The notes below the pieces were generated by a model. That model was not told the origin of the DNA. It ran no database searches and saw only the letters and a list, made by a program, of their open reading frames with translations. The position numbers and the translations under genes were made by a program. From positions 123,941 to 155,940 of the forward strand of contig JBAYVT010000002.1 of assembly GCA_041674405.1 (NCBI GenBank): a stretch of DNA of 32,000 nucleotides, read 5' to 3'. This DNA comes from Patescibacteria group bacterium. Lineage in GTDB: Bacteria; Patescibacteriota; UBA1384; XYA2-FULL-43-10. This document shows, piece by piece, positions 8,139 to 18,500 of this stretch (the stretch's first letter is position 1; every line of letters starts with the position of its first letter).

Positions 8139-8147
8139 TGATATAAT
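8139..8147 (+). promoter_or_regulatory. Extended -10 promoter element (TGaTATAAT)
   Basis: Perfect TATAAT preceded by TGn. The -35 is poor. Confidence 0.55.
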
Positions 8148-8203
8148 GCTCTTGCAGAACGCCAACAGATTTTCCACGTCGGATAACGAAGGAGGGTTGT
8201 GCT

Positions 8204-8266
8204 ATGAGGGTTCTGTTCTCTGCCTTGGCATTGCTGGTGCTGGTGGCGCTGGTGGTCGTGGCCTAG
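8204..8266 (+). CDS. Putative 20-aa hydrophobic micropeptide
   Basis: AAGGAGGG Shine-Dalgarno 7 nt before ATG. Translation MRVLFSALALLVLVALVVVA. Sits between an extended -10 element and a downstream hairpin. Confidence 0.5.
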   Translation: MRVLFSALALLVLVALVVVA

Positions 8267-8342
8267 GTCCTAGCAAGAGGACCGCGGTGGCTGGATCAAC
8301 AGCAAGAATCGGATCATCCGCCCTGGGCGGATGGCGAGATTA

Positions 8343-8370
8343 AAACGACGGCTGTCCCTAGCCGTCGTTT
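8343..8370. terminator. Hairpin, likely bidirectional terminator
   Basis: AAACGACGGCT-gtccct-AGCCGTCGTTT, perfect 11-bp stem. Located between the plus-strand micro-ORF unit and the end of minus-strand mnmA. Confidence 0.65.
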
Positions 8371-8426
8371 CTCGTCGTATGAGATAGTTGCCCAATAGTT
8401 TTTAGTTTTAACATTTGAGTTTTGAG

Positions 8427-9536
8427 TTATTTAATGTATCCCCCTCCCAAAACTTCATCACCCAAGTAGAACACTGCGGATTGACCGGGAGTAATCGCTC
8501 TTTGCGGCTCATCAAATTCAACTACAATGTTTTTGATCTTTGATATTTGACCTTTGATCTCGCATGGCACCGCTGCATGCCGATATCTTATTTTGACCTT
8601 AAGGCTCATAAGTTCTTCAGCCCTTAAGTTTTGAGGTTCGATCAACCAATTCAAATCTGTCACCGTCATCTCTTTGCTATATATATCCTCATCGTCACCC
8701 ACGATCAGTTGGTTTTTCGAAACATTAAATCCAACCACATAAAGTGGTTTTTTTTGAGTTTTTAGCTGACAGCTTGCAGATTGCAGTTGATCTATTCCTT
8801 TGCGTTGTCCGATTGTATAATTGACCAATCCTTCGTGAGTCCCGAGTACATTCCCCTCTTTATCGGCAATTTCGCCGGGTTTAAAATATTTCTGATCCAA
8901 ATATCTTTTCAAAAAAAAGCGATAATCACGATCACCAAAAAAGCAAATTTCCTGGCTTTCCGGCTTTTCCTTGACCGGCAGATCCCACTTTTTTGCCAGT
9001 TCCCGCACATCTTTCTTCTTCATTTCTCCGAGCGGAAACAGAGTTTTTGATAGCTGATTCTGATTCAATCGATAGAGCATGTAGCTTTGATCCTTGGTGC
9101 CGTCGATACCAGCTAAAAGCTGATAACTGGCTACTGGCAGCTTCTGGATTCGCGCATAATGTCCTGTCGCAAGATAATCACAGCCGATAGAAAGCGCTTT
9201 TTTAAGTAGAAGATCAAATTTGATTTTTTCATTACAGACAATGCACGGGTTTGGGGTTTTTAATTTTTTGTATTCATCGATGAAATAGTCAACAACATCT
9301 TTTTTGAATTCATCCACAGCGTTTATAACATAGAACGGGATACCAAGGCCGTGCGCCACCTTTCGCGCGTCTTCGAGCGCCTCATAGTTGCAACATCGAT
9401 TTTCCTTTACCACATTACACATAGGGTCAGACCATAATTTCAAAAAAAGCCCGACTAATTCGTGGCCCTCATCTTTTAACATTTTTGCCACGACGGAAGA
9501 ATCAACTCCACCGGACATTGCGACCGCAATTTTCAT
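8427..9536 (-). CDS. mnmA: tRNA-specific 2-thiouridylase MnmA
   Basis: AMSGGVDSSVVAKML P-loop, NPCIVCNEKIKF, GHYARI, KDQSYMLYRL, KESQEICFF and YTIGQRKG. Confidence 0.96.
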   Translation of the reverse strand: MKIAVAMSGGVDSSVVAKMLKDEGHELVGLFLKLWSDPMCNVVKENRCCNYEALEDARKVAHGLGIPFYVINAVDEFKKDVVDYFIDEYKKLKTPNPCIVCNEKIKFDLLLKKALSIGCDYLATGHYARIQKLPVASYQLLAGIDGTKDQSYMLYRLNQNQLSKTLFPLGEMKKKDVRELAKKWDLPVKEKPESQEICFFGDRDYRFFLKRYLDQKYFKPGEIADKEGNVLGTHEGLVNYTIGQRKGIDQLQSASCQLKTQKKPLYVVGFNVSKNQLIVGDDEDIYSKEMTVTDLNWLIEPQNLRAEELMSLKVKIRYRHAAVPCEIKGQISKIKNIVVEFDEPQRAITPGQSAVFYLGDEVLGGGYIK

Positions 9537-10354
9537 TATGCTTGTCTCGTTTCCGCTGATTTAACTAAGTTCGCAAATAGCATCGCTACTGTCATTGGCC
9601 CGATTCCACCCGGCACAGGAGTATAAAAGGACGCCTTGCGATAGCAATTTATATCTATATCACCGCGCAATTCCCCGCCAACCTCGGTGGTCCCCGCATC
9701 GATCAAAACCACCCCGTTTTTGACCATATCCGGCTTGATCAGATTTGCCGTTCCGGTTGCCGAAATGACAATATCGGCATCGGAAGTTATCGTTGCTAGG
9801 TATGGCGTCTCTTCATCAGCAATTCGAATATCGGCATTCTCCGATTCCAGCATACGAGCAAGAGGTGAACCTACTAAAAAGCCTTTGCCAATTATCGCAA
9901 TTTTTGATTCCTTATAATTAATACCGGATCGCTTGATCGCTTCCATTATCGAGATCGTGACTGGCGGCCGGAAATTACAGATTCCACCCCTGCAAAAGTT
10001 TAAGCCATCGACATCTTTTGCCGGATCAATTTGTTTGATTAGGTCATTTAGATTCAAATATTCTGGAATCGGAATCTGGATCATAATTCCATCAACCGAT
10101 TGATTTTGATTGAGTTCTAGAATTTTTTTCTCAACTTCTTCTTGAGTTACCTCTGTCGGATATTTGAACAAGTCAAAATGCACACCGATTTTCTCCGCTG
10201 CTCGTTCTTTTGACTCAATATAACGCGCCGTCGCAAAATCTTCACCGATCCAAATCACCGCAAGAACAGGCTTTTGTTGAAAGCTTGCAACTCGAATTTT
10301 CAAATCATCGAGTATTTCGTTTCTGATTTTTCTGCCATCAAACATGTTCATCAT
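9536..10354 (-). CDS. folD: Bifunctional methylene-tetrahydrofolate dehydrogenase/cyclohydrolase FolD
   Basis: YIESKERAAEKIGV, QNQSVDGIMIQIPIP, INPAKDVDGLN-like KQIDPAKDVDGLN and PGGIGPMTVAML. The stop overlaps the mnmA start (TAATG). Confidence 0.95.
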   Translation of the reverse strand: MMNMFDGRKIRNEILDDLKIRVASFQQKPVLAVIWIGEDFATARYIESKERAAEKIGVHFDLFKYPTEVTQEEVEKKILELNQNQSVDGIMIQIPIPEYLNLNDLIKQIDPAKDVDGLNFCRGGICNFRPPVTISIMEAIKRSGINYKESKIAIIGKGFLVGSPLARMLESENADIRIADEETPYLATITSDADIVISATGTANLIKPDMVKNGVVLIDAGTTEVGGELRGDIDINCYRKASFYTPVPGGIGPMTVAMLFANLVKSAETRQA

Positions 10355-10415
10355 ATTAACTAATATCTAATAACTAATAACTTAAAACCATTTGAATCAA
10401 AACATCTAAAGCTTT

Positions 10416-10814
10416 TCAATTTTTGAGTTGTATTTTTGATTTGTTTTTGTAATCCTCTATCGCCTTATGAATTCCTTCTGCTGATAGGATCGAACAATGA
10501 TACTTCTGAGCCGGTAATTTGCCCAAGGAGTCATTGATATCATCGCGAGTAATTTCAAGCGCTTCATCCAAAGTTTTGCCCTTAGAAAGATCCGTCATCA
10601 TCGAGCTTGCGGCGATTGCTGCGGCACAACCAAGTGTTAAAAATTTAACATCCTCGATATATTCTTTGCCGTCCTTTTTTCCAACTTTGATAGTAATTTT
10701 CATCATATCGCCGCATTTCGGATTGCCGACCTCGCCAATTCCATCGGCATTTTCAATTTCCCCCACATTGTGAGGGCTTGAAAAATGTTTCATTACTTCA
10801 TCACTATATTGCAT
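10416..10814 (-). CDS. NifU/IscU-like Fe-S cluster scaffold protein
   Basis: SDEVMKHFSSPHNVGEIENADGIGEVGNPKCGDMM ... TLGCAAAIAASSMMTDL ... KYHCSILSAEGIHKAI, with the conserved three-cysteine arrangement. Confidence 0.93.
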   Translation of the reverse strand: MQYSDEVMKHFSSPHNVGEIENADGIGEVGNPKCGDMMKITIKVGKKDGKEYIEDVKFLTLGCAAAIAASSMMTDLSKGKTLDEALEITRDDINDSLGKLPAQKYHCSILSAEGIHKAIEDYKNKSKIQLKN

Positions 10815-10938
10815 ATGCTCCTTATGTAAAAACTTAAATGTAATAACTAATTGAATTACTCCATTGGTTCTTAGATTTAAGTTATTAGTTTTTAGTTAAT
10901 TGTCCTATGGTTTTTCGTTTTTCGATATTAGTTTTTAG

Positions 10939-12201
10939 CTATCCAATTGGGCTTATCTTTCTTAATTTCTCAATTATTCCCGGCAATACTTCCATAAGGC
11001 GATCTATTTCTTCTTCGGTGGTGTATCTCCCAATTGTGAATCGAATTGAGCTATGTGCTCTTTCTTCGGGGTATCCAAGCGCCATTATCACATGTGAGGG
11101 TTCAAGGGAACCCGATGTACAAGCCGAACCTGTAGAGGCCGCGATCCCTAGCATATCCAAATTGAGCAGAATCGACTCGCCTTCGATGCCGGCAAATGAA
11201 ATATTTACATTATTCGGGCTTCTGCAAATATCCGTGCCATTCAATTTGGCATTTGCAATATTATCGACAATACCCCTGATTAATTTTTCTCTCAATTTCA
11301 ATGATTTTTCCGTTGCATTAGTCATTTTAAGAGATGGAAAATCCTCTGACACAATCGCCCCATCGGTGTCAGCGGCATCGCGGATTACTAGTTCGGCCGC
11401 CTTGGCAAAACCGACTATGCCCGCGACATTCTCCGTGCCCGCTCGCTTCTTGTATTCTTGTCCACCACCGGTGATTTCCGGCTTAAGCGGGGTGCCTTTT
11501 TTGGCGAATAAAAGGCCGACTCCCTTCGGCCCATAAATTTTATGAGCCGTCATTGTAAGAAGATCGACATGCAAATATTTAGTTCCCATTTCGAAATACT
11601 CTGCTGCTTGCACTGCATCGGTATGGAAATAAATTTTTTGGGCATTGGGGTTTTTTTCAAGCCGACCCAGGTTTTCCTTCTCAATCATCTTGCCAATTTC
11701 GCGGATCGGCTGTGCTGTGCCAATTTCATTATTTACATACATTACAGAAACCAGGGCAGTGTTTTTACGGATTGCTTTTACTACTTGCTGGCTATTGATT
11801 ACGCCATCTTGCTCCGGGCTTATGTAGGTAGCTTCGATTTTCCCCTGTTTCTCTAGATCTTTTACGGTATCCAAAACTGCATGATGTTCAAATGTTGAAG
11901 TTACAACATGAGGTTTTTTATTCATGCCTTTATAGTCTGGCAACATCGATTCGATCACGCCGCGGATAGCCAGATTATCCGATTCCGACCCGCCAGATGT
12001 AAATAGAATTTCGCTTGGAGCGCAATCAAGAAAAAATGCCAAAAATTCTCTGGCTTTGTCGACTGCCGCTCTCGCCTCCTGCCCAAACCCGTGAACCGAC
12101 GAAGGATTGCCGAAACTCACGCCAAAATATGGCGTCATTGCTTCAATAACTTCCGGCGCAACTGGCGTGGTCGCAGCATTATCTAGATATATTCTCTTCA
12201 C
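10939..12201 (-). CDS. Cysteine desulfurase (NifS/IscS family)
   Basis: YLDNAATTPVAPEV, FTSGGSESDNLAI, HTDAVQA, MTAHKIYGPKG and GSACTSGSLEPSHV. GTG start. Confidence 0.96.
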   Translation of the reverse strand: MKRIYLDNAATTPVAPEVIEAMTPYFGVSFGNPSSVHGFGQEARAAVDKAREFLAFFLDCAPSEILFTSGGSESDNLAIRGVIESMLPDYKGMNKKPHVVTSTFEHHAVLDTVKDLEKQGKIEATYISPEQDGVINSQQVVKAIRKNTALVSVMYVNNEIGTAQPIREIGKMIEKENLGRLEKNPNAQKIYFHTDAVQAAEYFEMGTKYLHVDLLTMTAHKIYGPKGVGLLFAKKGTPLKPEITGGGQEYKKRAGTENVAGIVGFAKAAELVIRDAADTDGAIVSEDFPSLKMTNATEKSLKLREKLIRGIVDNIANAKLNGTDICRSPNNVNISFAGIEGESILLNLDMLGIAASTGSACTSGSLEPSHVIMALGYPEERAHSSIRFTIGRYTTEEEIDRLMEVLPGIIEKLRKISPIG

Positions 12202-12422
12202 TTATCTTCCTTTGATTTCTCAACGATCGATACTACTTTTCTTAAATCAGAAACGCACTTCTTGCAATTTTCCTGTTTGGACAAATTATCAAAATCAGAT
12301 TTAGATATTAAATAAGCCACCGGCTTGGAATACCTGACAACCTCAAACACATCTCCGTCCTCAACTTCTTTAAGAACCTTAGAAATGTTATTTTGCAATT
12401 CGTTTACGTTGATATTTTTCAT
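12198..12422 (-). CDS. Phd/YefM-family antitoxin-like protein
   Basis: MKNINVNELQNNISKVLKEVEDGDVFEVVRYSKPVAYLISKSDFDNL matches the Phd/YefM N-terminal fold. Stop overlaps the desulfurase GTG start by 4 nt (GTGA). No toxin ORF adjacent. Confidence 0.8.
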   Translation of the reverse strand: MKNINVNELQNNISKVLKEVEDGDVFEVVRYSKPVAYLISKSDFDNLSKQENCKKCVSDLRKVVSIVEKSKEDK

Positions 12423-12439
12423 TGGCTTTCGGCACTAAA

Positions 12440-12470
12440 ATTATACTCATCTAAGGTAACATCTTAGGTA
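12440..12470 (-). promoter_or_regulatory. Putative promoter/operator of the Phd-like/desulfurase cluster
   Basis: Minus-strand TATAAT at 12440-12445. Tandem near-identical 11-mers CATCTAAGGTA and CATCTTAGGTA (plus-strand 12448-12458, 12460-12470) immediately upstream. Confidence 0.45.
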
Positions 12471-12511
12471 GATTTAGTCAATAGATACAAATATAAATAA
12501 TATTTAGAATC

Positions 12512-15500
12512 TTAAGATTTAGAATTTCTCTTTTCCATCTCAATCTTTTTATTTACGGCAGAAATTTCTTCATCCGTATCAAACCTTACCGGTTTTGGCA
12601 GAGTGTAACCTTCCTTGGTAGCTAAAATTGTGTACCTACCCCGTTTCAAAATCGCCGAAAACTTACCTTTGTCATCAGTTACCGCAGTCTTTACAAGCCT
12701 TGTGTTATCTCCGGTCATTATCCTAACCAACGTTAGGCCGATAGGCTCGCCCTTATGTCGGTCTACCACCATGCTCCATGGCGACTTTCTTATGACCAGT
12801 GAGAAATTGATAACCCAAAGCAGAATATAGCCGGCAAGGATCAGATAATTTAACAAATTTGGGTCATGAATTAAATTGTTCAAGACCAATATGGTACCGG
12901 CCGTAAGTACAACAATCGAAGCATAATTGAAGAATCTTTCCATTTTTCTAAGCCAACCCAAGATTGCATGAATACCAGAAAGGCTTTTGCCATTTATACT
13001 CATTATGATCGTCGGCACCAAAAATCCTTTGGTATAGCTATCAATCTCATATATTTTCCCTGTGTCAAAATCATAATATTGATCCGGTTTTGGTGCGAGC
13101 TGGTACTTGTCTTTCTTCGCGATGATTTTGTATTTGCCCGGAGGTTCGGCGAATCCGTACACGCCTGATTTATCGGTGGTTGTTGTCTCAATAACCCTTT
13201 CTGTGCCATCTTCGCCTACTTTAATCAAGCTAACCATCGCTCCAGAAAGCGGCAAACCGGTTCCATCCTCGAGCACTTGGCCCCATTTTTTGCGTTTCTT
13301 TTTAACCGTACCGAAAGATAGAATGGAATAAACAATTATATGAATGACTTCCTTGAGTGAGAATAAAGTTATTAAGTTTGTTGCGGGTGCCAATCCGGCG
13401 ACAACTACTGCCATGCCCAGAGCTGCTGCGGCAGTCACTGGCGGAGCAGCCTCTTTTGAGATACCAACAGCTGCATAAACTTTTTCTATTCCCCCTGCAA
13501 CAATATCGATTGAAACCGCCACATCTTCGACGCCGCCGACAATGCCACCAATAATAACTTCACCGATTGTTTCTTTTCGTACATTTACTGACGCAGCAGC
13601 CTTCACATCACCGAATGAAGCTTGAACGGTGTTTTCAAATGAGCCAACTTCCTTACCTGCGGTGAATAATCCGGTTTGGTCAATCTCCCCGCCACCATTC
13701 ATAACCGACCACACGATAATTGCTGTTGGAATTTCTGAATCATCTGAGGCAAAAGCTTTTGCACTAAACTGCACGGAGTCTTCAACTTTTATTTTCGCAC
13801 TTGTCGGTGAAATGATAATGTATGATGCAGTTTTTTCCGGATTTCCCAGAGTTGTCACCTCAGACGCAGTAGAAAAATCAGTTTCAACGTTGCTATTATT
13901 TCTTGCCTTAAGCCTATAAGCATAATTCGTAGAAGCTGCAAGGCCTGTGTTTATAAATCCGTCGCTTCCACCCCAGTCGGCATACAATTGCCAATCGGGA
14001 CTATCGGAAAATGCCCCATCGGAATGCCTGACATACTTACCTGCGGTGTCATTGTAAATCGCATATCGTGTGTTAGCTGGGTTGCCGTTTTGGTTAATCG
14101 CAATTTTTACTGATGACTCGGAAACTACTGAAAGAATTGGGGCATCTGGTGTGTTCGCAAGAGTATAAGATGTAGCAAAATTTGACTTTTCCGTTCCTTT
14201 CCTATTGGTCACGGTAACTTGGCGAGTATATGCCGTATTCGGAGCAAGAGATTGTTCTAGCCAGGACGAGGCAGAAGCTGCAAGTGTTCCCGAGAGCGGA
14301 TTGCCAGCGGCATCTAACACTGCCCAACTGGTGTGATCATCGTCGGTATTTGACCAAACCCAATTAATCTGGCTGGTAACAATGTCTGTTCCCCTGAAAT
14401 CTGTAGAGGGTGTAGGCCCAAGGCAATTCGCCGTTGTGAAATTTATGATTGCAGAATAATTCCCCGCGCCATTCTGGTTTGACGTTGCGGACACCTTGGC
14501 GTAATACTTTGTTTTTCTTGCAAGGCCCGATAAAGAAGTGGCTGTTGTGCTGATATCCGAAATTGTGCCTTTATTTGAAGCTCCGGAATCCGTTCCGTAC
14601 GAAAGAGTATATTTATCCGCGCCCTCTGGCGCAATCCATGTCAGGTTCGCCGAAGTTCTGCAAACGGCATTTGCTTCTAGGCTCGCTGGAGCAGCTGGCG
14701 GAGTGACTTTTGCCGAAGATGGAGAATAAGTTGTGTCGGTATTGTCCCCATTTCTTGCTTTGGCCTTGATCCAATACTGGGTATTTGGATCAAGATTAGC
14801 CAATGTATATGATGTACTTGTCTGCCAGGACATGCCGGCGGGATCGGTAAAATCCGTGCCATTTATTGAATATTGGATCCAATAGTTTGTTCCTGATGGA
14901 TTCAAACTTGGGCTAATTGTTCCTGTTACGAAATATGCCCCCGCCACCGTTGAAACCGTCGGCATATTGGCAAGCGTGTACTTTGGAGATGAATAGGCGC
15001 TTGTTGAGTTGCCGGCGTCATTAAACGCAACAACTTTAGCACAATATTGTGTATTTATATCCTTACCATCAACGTCTTGCGAGGTTTCCCCGGCACCAGT
15101 CGTATAGTCGGGAGAATCTGGATAAGAAGCCTGTGAACAATCAGAATTCGGAGTGGTAGAAATATAAACCTTGAATCCGGTTTCATCAGATGAGTTGTCG
15201 TCCCAAGTCACTTGGAAAGAATCGTTTTGGATGGTGCCTATTGCTGCATTAGTTGGCGCACTCGGCGCTGTAACACAAGAGCCGGTGGGAGAAATATTCC
15301 AATCGGTATTACTTCCCCCATCCGTAGAATAAGTAGCACAGAAAGAGGCACCCGAATTGGTAGAATTTGAGATGGTGGCGTACGAAATAGTTGCGGTGGC
15401 CGGGTTAATATTCCAGCCACCAGAACCACCAGACCTCTTAAGAACTACATGGCTTCCCGAAGTTCCGGTTACCGTCCATGTGCCAGATATCGTTTGGGTC

Positions 15501-18500
15501 GAGCCCGCAGAAAAGGATAAGGTTTTGCCTGCAGTAGCGGCAGTGAGGTTATTAAAAGTCGTATCTCCCTCTATCAAGGAGTCACCAGTTAGCGTAACTG
15601 TACCGCTCCCAGGAGTGAAGATACCGCCTGCATGGTTCCAACCGCCAGATACACTCATGGTGGATGGAGCACTGAAGCTAGCATTACCGTTTAAGATGAA
15701 ATTACCAATGTTCATCGAAGGGTTATTTGTGATTCCATCAACATCGGTCTGGTTGGTTCCATCACCAATTGTAAGATTGTTAGTAACACCAAAGCTACCG
15801 GAAGATAGAGTCAAAGTTTTGTTTCCAACAAAGCTCTGCCAGATAAAACCGGTCATATCGCCAAAAGAGTGATAAGGACCTGAACCAACATTATAGGTAC
15901 CAATGACGGCACCAGTCGAGCCGTTAAGCTTTGTTATGGTGTTGCCGCCAATGCTCGTTACCCATACATTGCCGTCGCCATCAATTCCCGGATGGTCGCC
16001 ATTGCCGATCGAATAAGTTCCGATTACTGCACCAGTCGAGCCGTTAACTTTGTAGACCGTTCCGCTATTAACAACCCAGACATTGCCGCTGCCATCAACT
16101 GCCAGATTAGCACCAGGAACCGAGTAGATATCAATGACAGCGCCGGTCGAACCGTTAAGCTTGGTAATGCCAATATCGCCGTCGCTAGCCGTCCAGACAT
16201 TCCCATCACCGTCGACTGCTATGCTAAAAGGAGCGCCGTTAACCGAATAAGTGCCGATCAGTGCACCAGTTGAGCTGTCAAGTTTAGTAACGTTACCACT
16301 TCCGTGATTGCAAATCCAAACATTGCCACTACGATCAGCCGCCACTCCCGAAGGACTAGTACCCGTTGAATATGTGCCCATGACTGCACCAGTCGAGCCA
16401 TTAACCTTATTAATATGGCTGCTATCGTAGGGGACCCAGACATTGCCAGCATTATCAACGCCCGGGTTACCACCACCGACCGCATAAGTGCCGATCAGTG
16501 CGCCGGTCGAACCATTGAGTTTAGTAACGTTGCCGCTGTAAGGATTGCCGACCCAGACATTGCCACTGCCATCAACTGCCACACCATAAGGACCAGTACC
16601 CACCGCGTAAGTTCCAATGACGGCACCAGTTGAACTGTTAAGTTTGGTTATATTGTTGCTACCGCTATTAGTCACCCAAACATACGGTGTTACCGCTGGA
16701 TCCAGCAATTCTAGGTTATAATAATTTGCCGCCGTAATGTTTGTGTTAGAAGAAGCACGATATATAAAGGTAGAAGTCGAAGCAGTAAATGTACCCGTTT
16801 TAACAAACGGCGTGCCCGAACCGGTCAAAGTTATTGTCCGATTTGAAGCATCGAAGGTACCAGCATTGATCGTCAGTATGTTTGTAGTTGTGATATCCCC
16901 GGCTGCAGTGAAAGTCGTTCCCGCATGATCAAGGTAAAGATTGTAGTAAGTGGTCGCCGTAATATTAGTTGCCAATGCTCCGGTATACTTGAGGGTTGAT
17001 GTGCCCTCTTGGAAAGTTCCGGTTACTACCAATGGCGTTCCTGGCGCGGCCAAAGTAATCGTTCTGGAGGATGCAGCAAATGTGCCGGCATTGATGGTAA
17101 GGACTCCATTGATTGTGATATTTCCGGCAGCAGTAAAGGTTGTGCCGGTATGGTCTGCAGCGTAGAGGTTGCAATAGGTAATAGCATTAATGTTTGTTGC
17201 GCTTGTTCCTTGGAATTTGACTGTCGATGTACTTTCGGTAAATGTGCCGCTGATGGATAGTGGATCACCTGATTCTGTCAAAACTAAGGTAGTATTATCC
17301 AGATTGACAACAGCAGTTGCCGGGATTTTAAGATTTGGGATAGTGGAGGTGGGAGCAGATGATGAATTAGGTCTCCAGGTATCAGTGCCTATGACATAGA
17401 GTATCTGGGAGGTTAGAGTTGCTTGATTGTAGGGCATAGCTAGGTCATTGGTTGCATTACCAATATCAAAGAGGATATCAGCATCAGACGAAACTGAACC
17501 ATCGTATTGTGATAAATCGGTATTGGATAGTGTTTGGGCAGTACCATTACCGACGACCAAATGCTGCTCAAAGAGAGTAACTCCAGTAATATCTCCCGAT
17601 GTGTACTTGGTAACAGCATTGGCTCGATGGGATTCAGTCGCGCCATCGATGAATACCGTAATTACATCACCGGCAGAGGGTTCGGTAACGCCAGAAATCG
17701 TCCAGGAACCAGAAGCAGTGGTGCCTGTAGCTGCATCCAAGGTGCCATTGATCGCTACCTTGACCGTCTCACCATCAGCACAAGCGGTTGATTCATCATA
17801 CTGCTTACAAGTGCCGGAGATAGAGAAGGATGAACAGCCACTTGTTACAGTTGGAGCAGGAAGGGTACCATTGAACGAGGTCCAAGTCCCAGTCGTTGGC
17901 AAGACAGTGGGAGCACCGGCACTACCCCAGTCCACATAAGCCGACTGATCAGCAGGCGCAAGAAGTTTGCTGGTGTCCGACAACAGGTACCAACTACTGT
18001 CCCATGGATCTACTGCCAAAACCCTATTACTTGTATTGGTGTAATAAGGATTACTCCTAGCATCTACACTCGCATAAGTATACGACCCATTATAGCTTGA
18101 ATCGCCCGCTCCAGAAAAAGTATACGACGAACATGCGGAGCATGATCCGGTTAAACTAATATTCCAGCCGGTATTTCCCCCGCCGTCAACTGAGTAAGTC
18201 GCACAGAAACTACCTGTATTACTAGACTTAGAAACATTGGCGTAGGATATTGCAACATTATTACTTGCAGATAAATTCCAGTTGGCACCGCCCGATGGAG
18301 CTAAAGTAATTAAGTTACCGGAAGTCCCAGCAATATTAATTGCATAATTGAAATTATAGTTTGAACCCGAGTTGAAAGTTAGGGTTGAGGGCGCAGTTGT
18401 GTTGGTAAATGTACGCGTGACCGACGTTGCCCCAGTGAAGGTGAAATTTGTATTAGCATGCTCAGCCGTAAGGTTGTAATAAGTTACTGGTGTAATATTT

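Noticed and set aside
12198-12422. Complete toxin-antitoxin system
   Set aside because: Only an antitoxin-like ORF is visible. The flanking ORFs are a cysteine desulfurase and the giant surface protein, and neither is a toxin.
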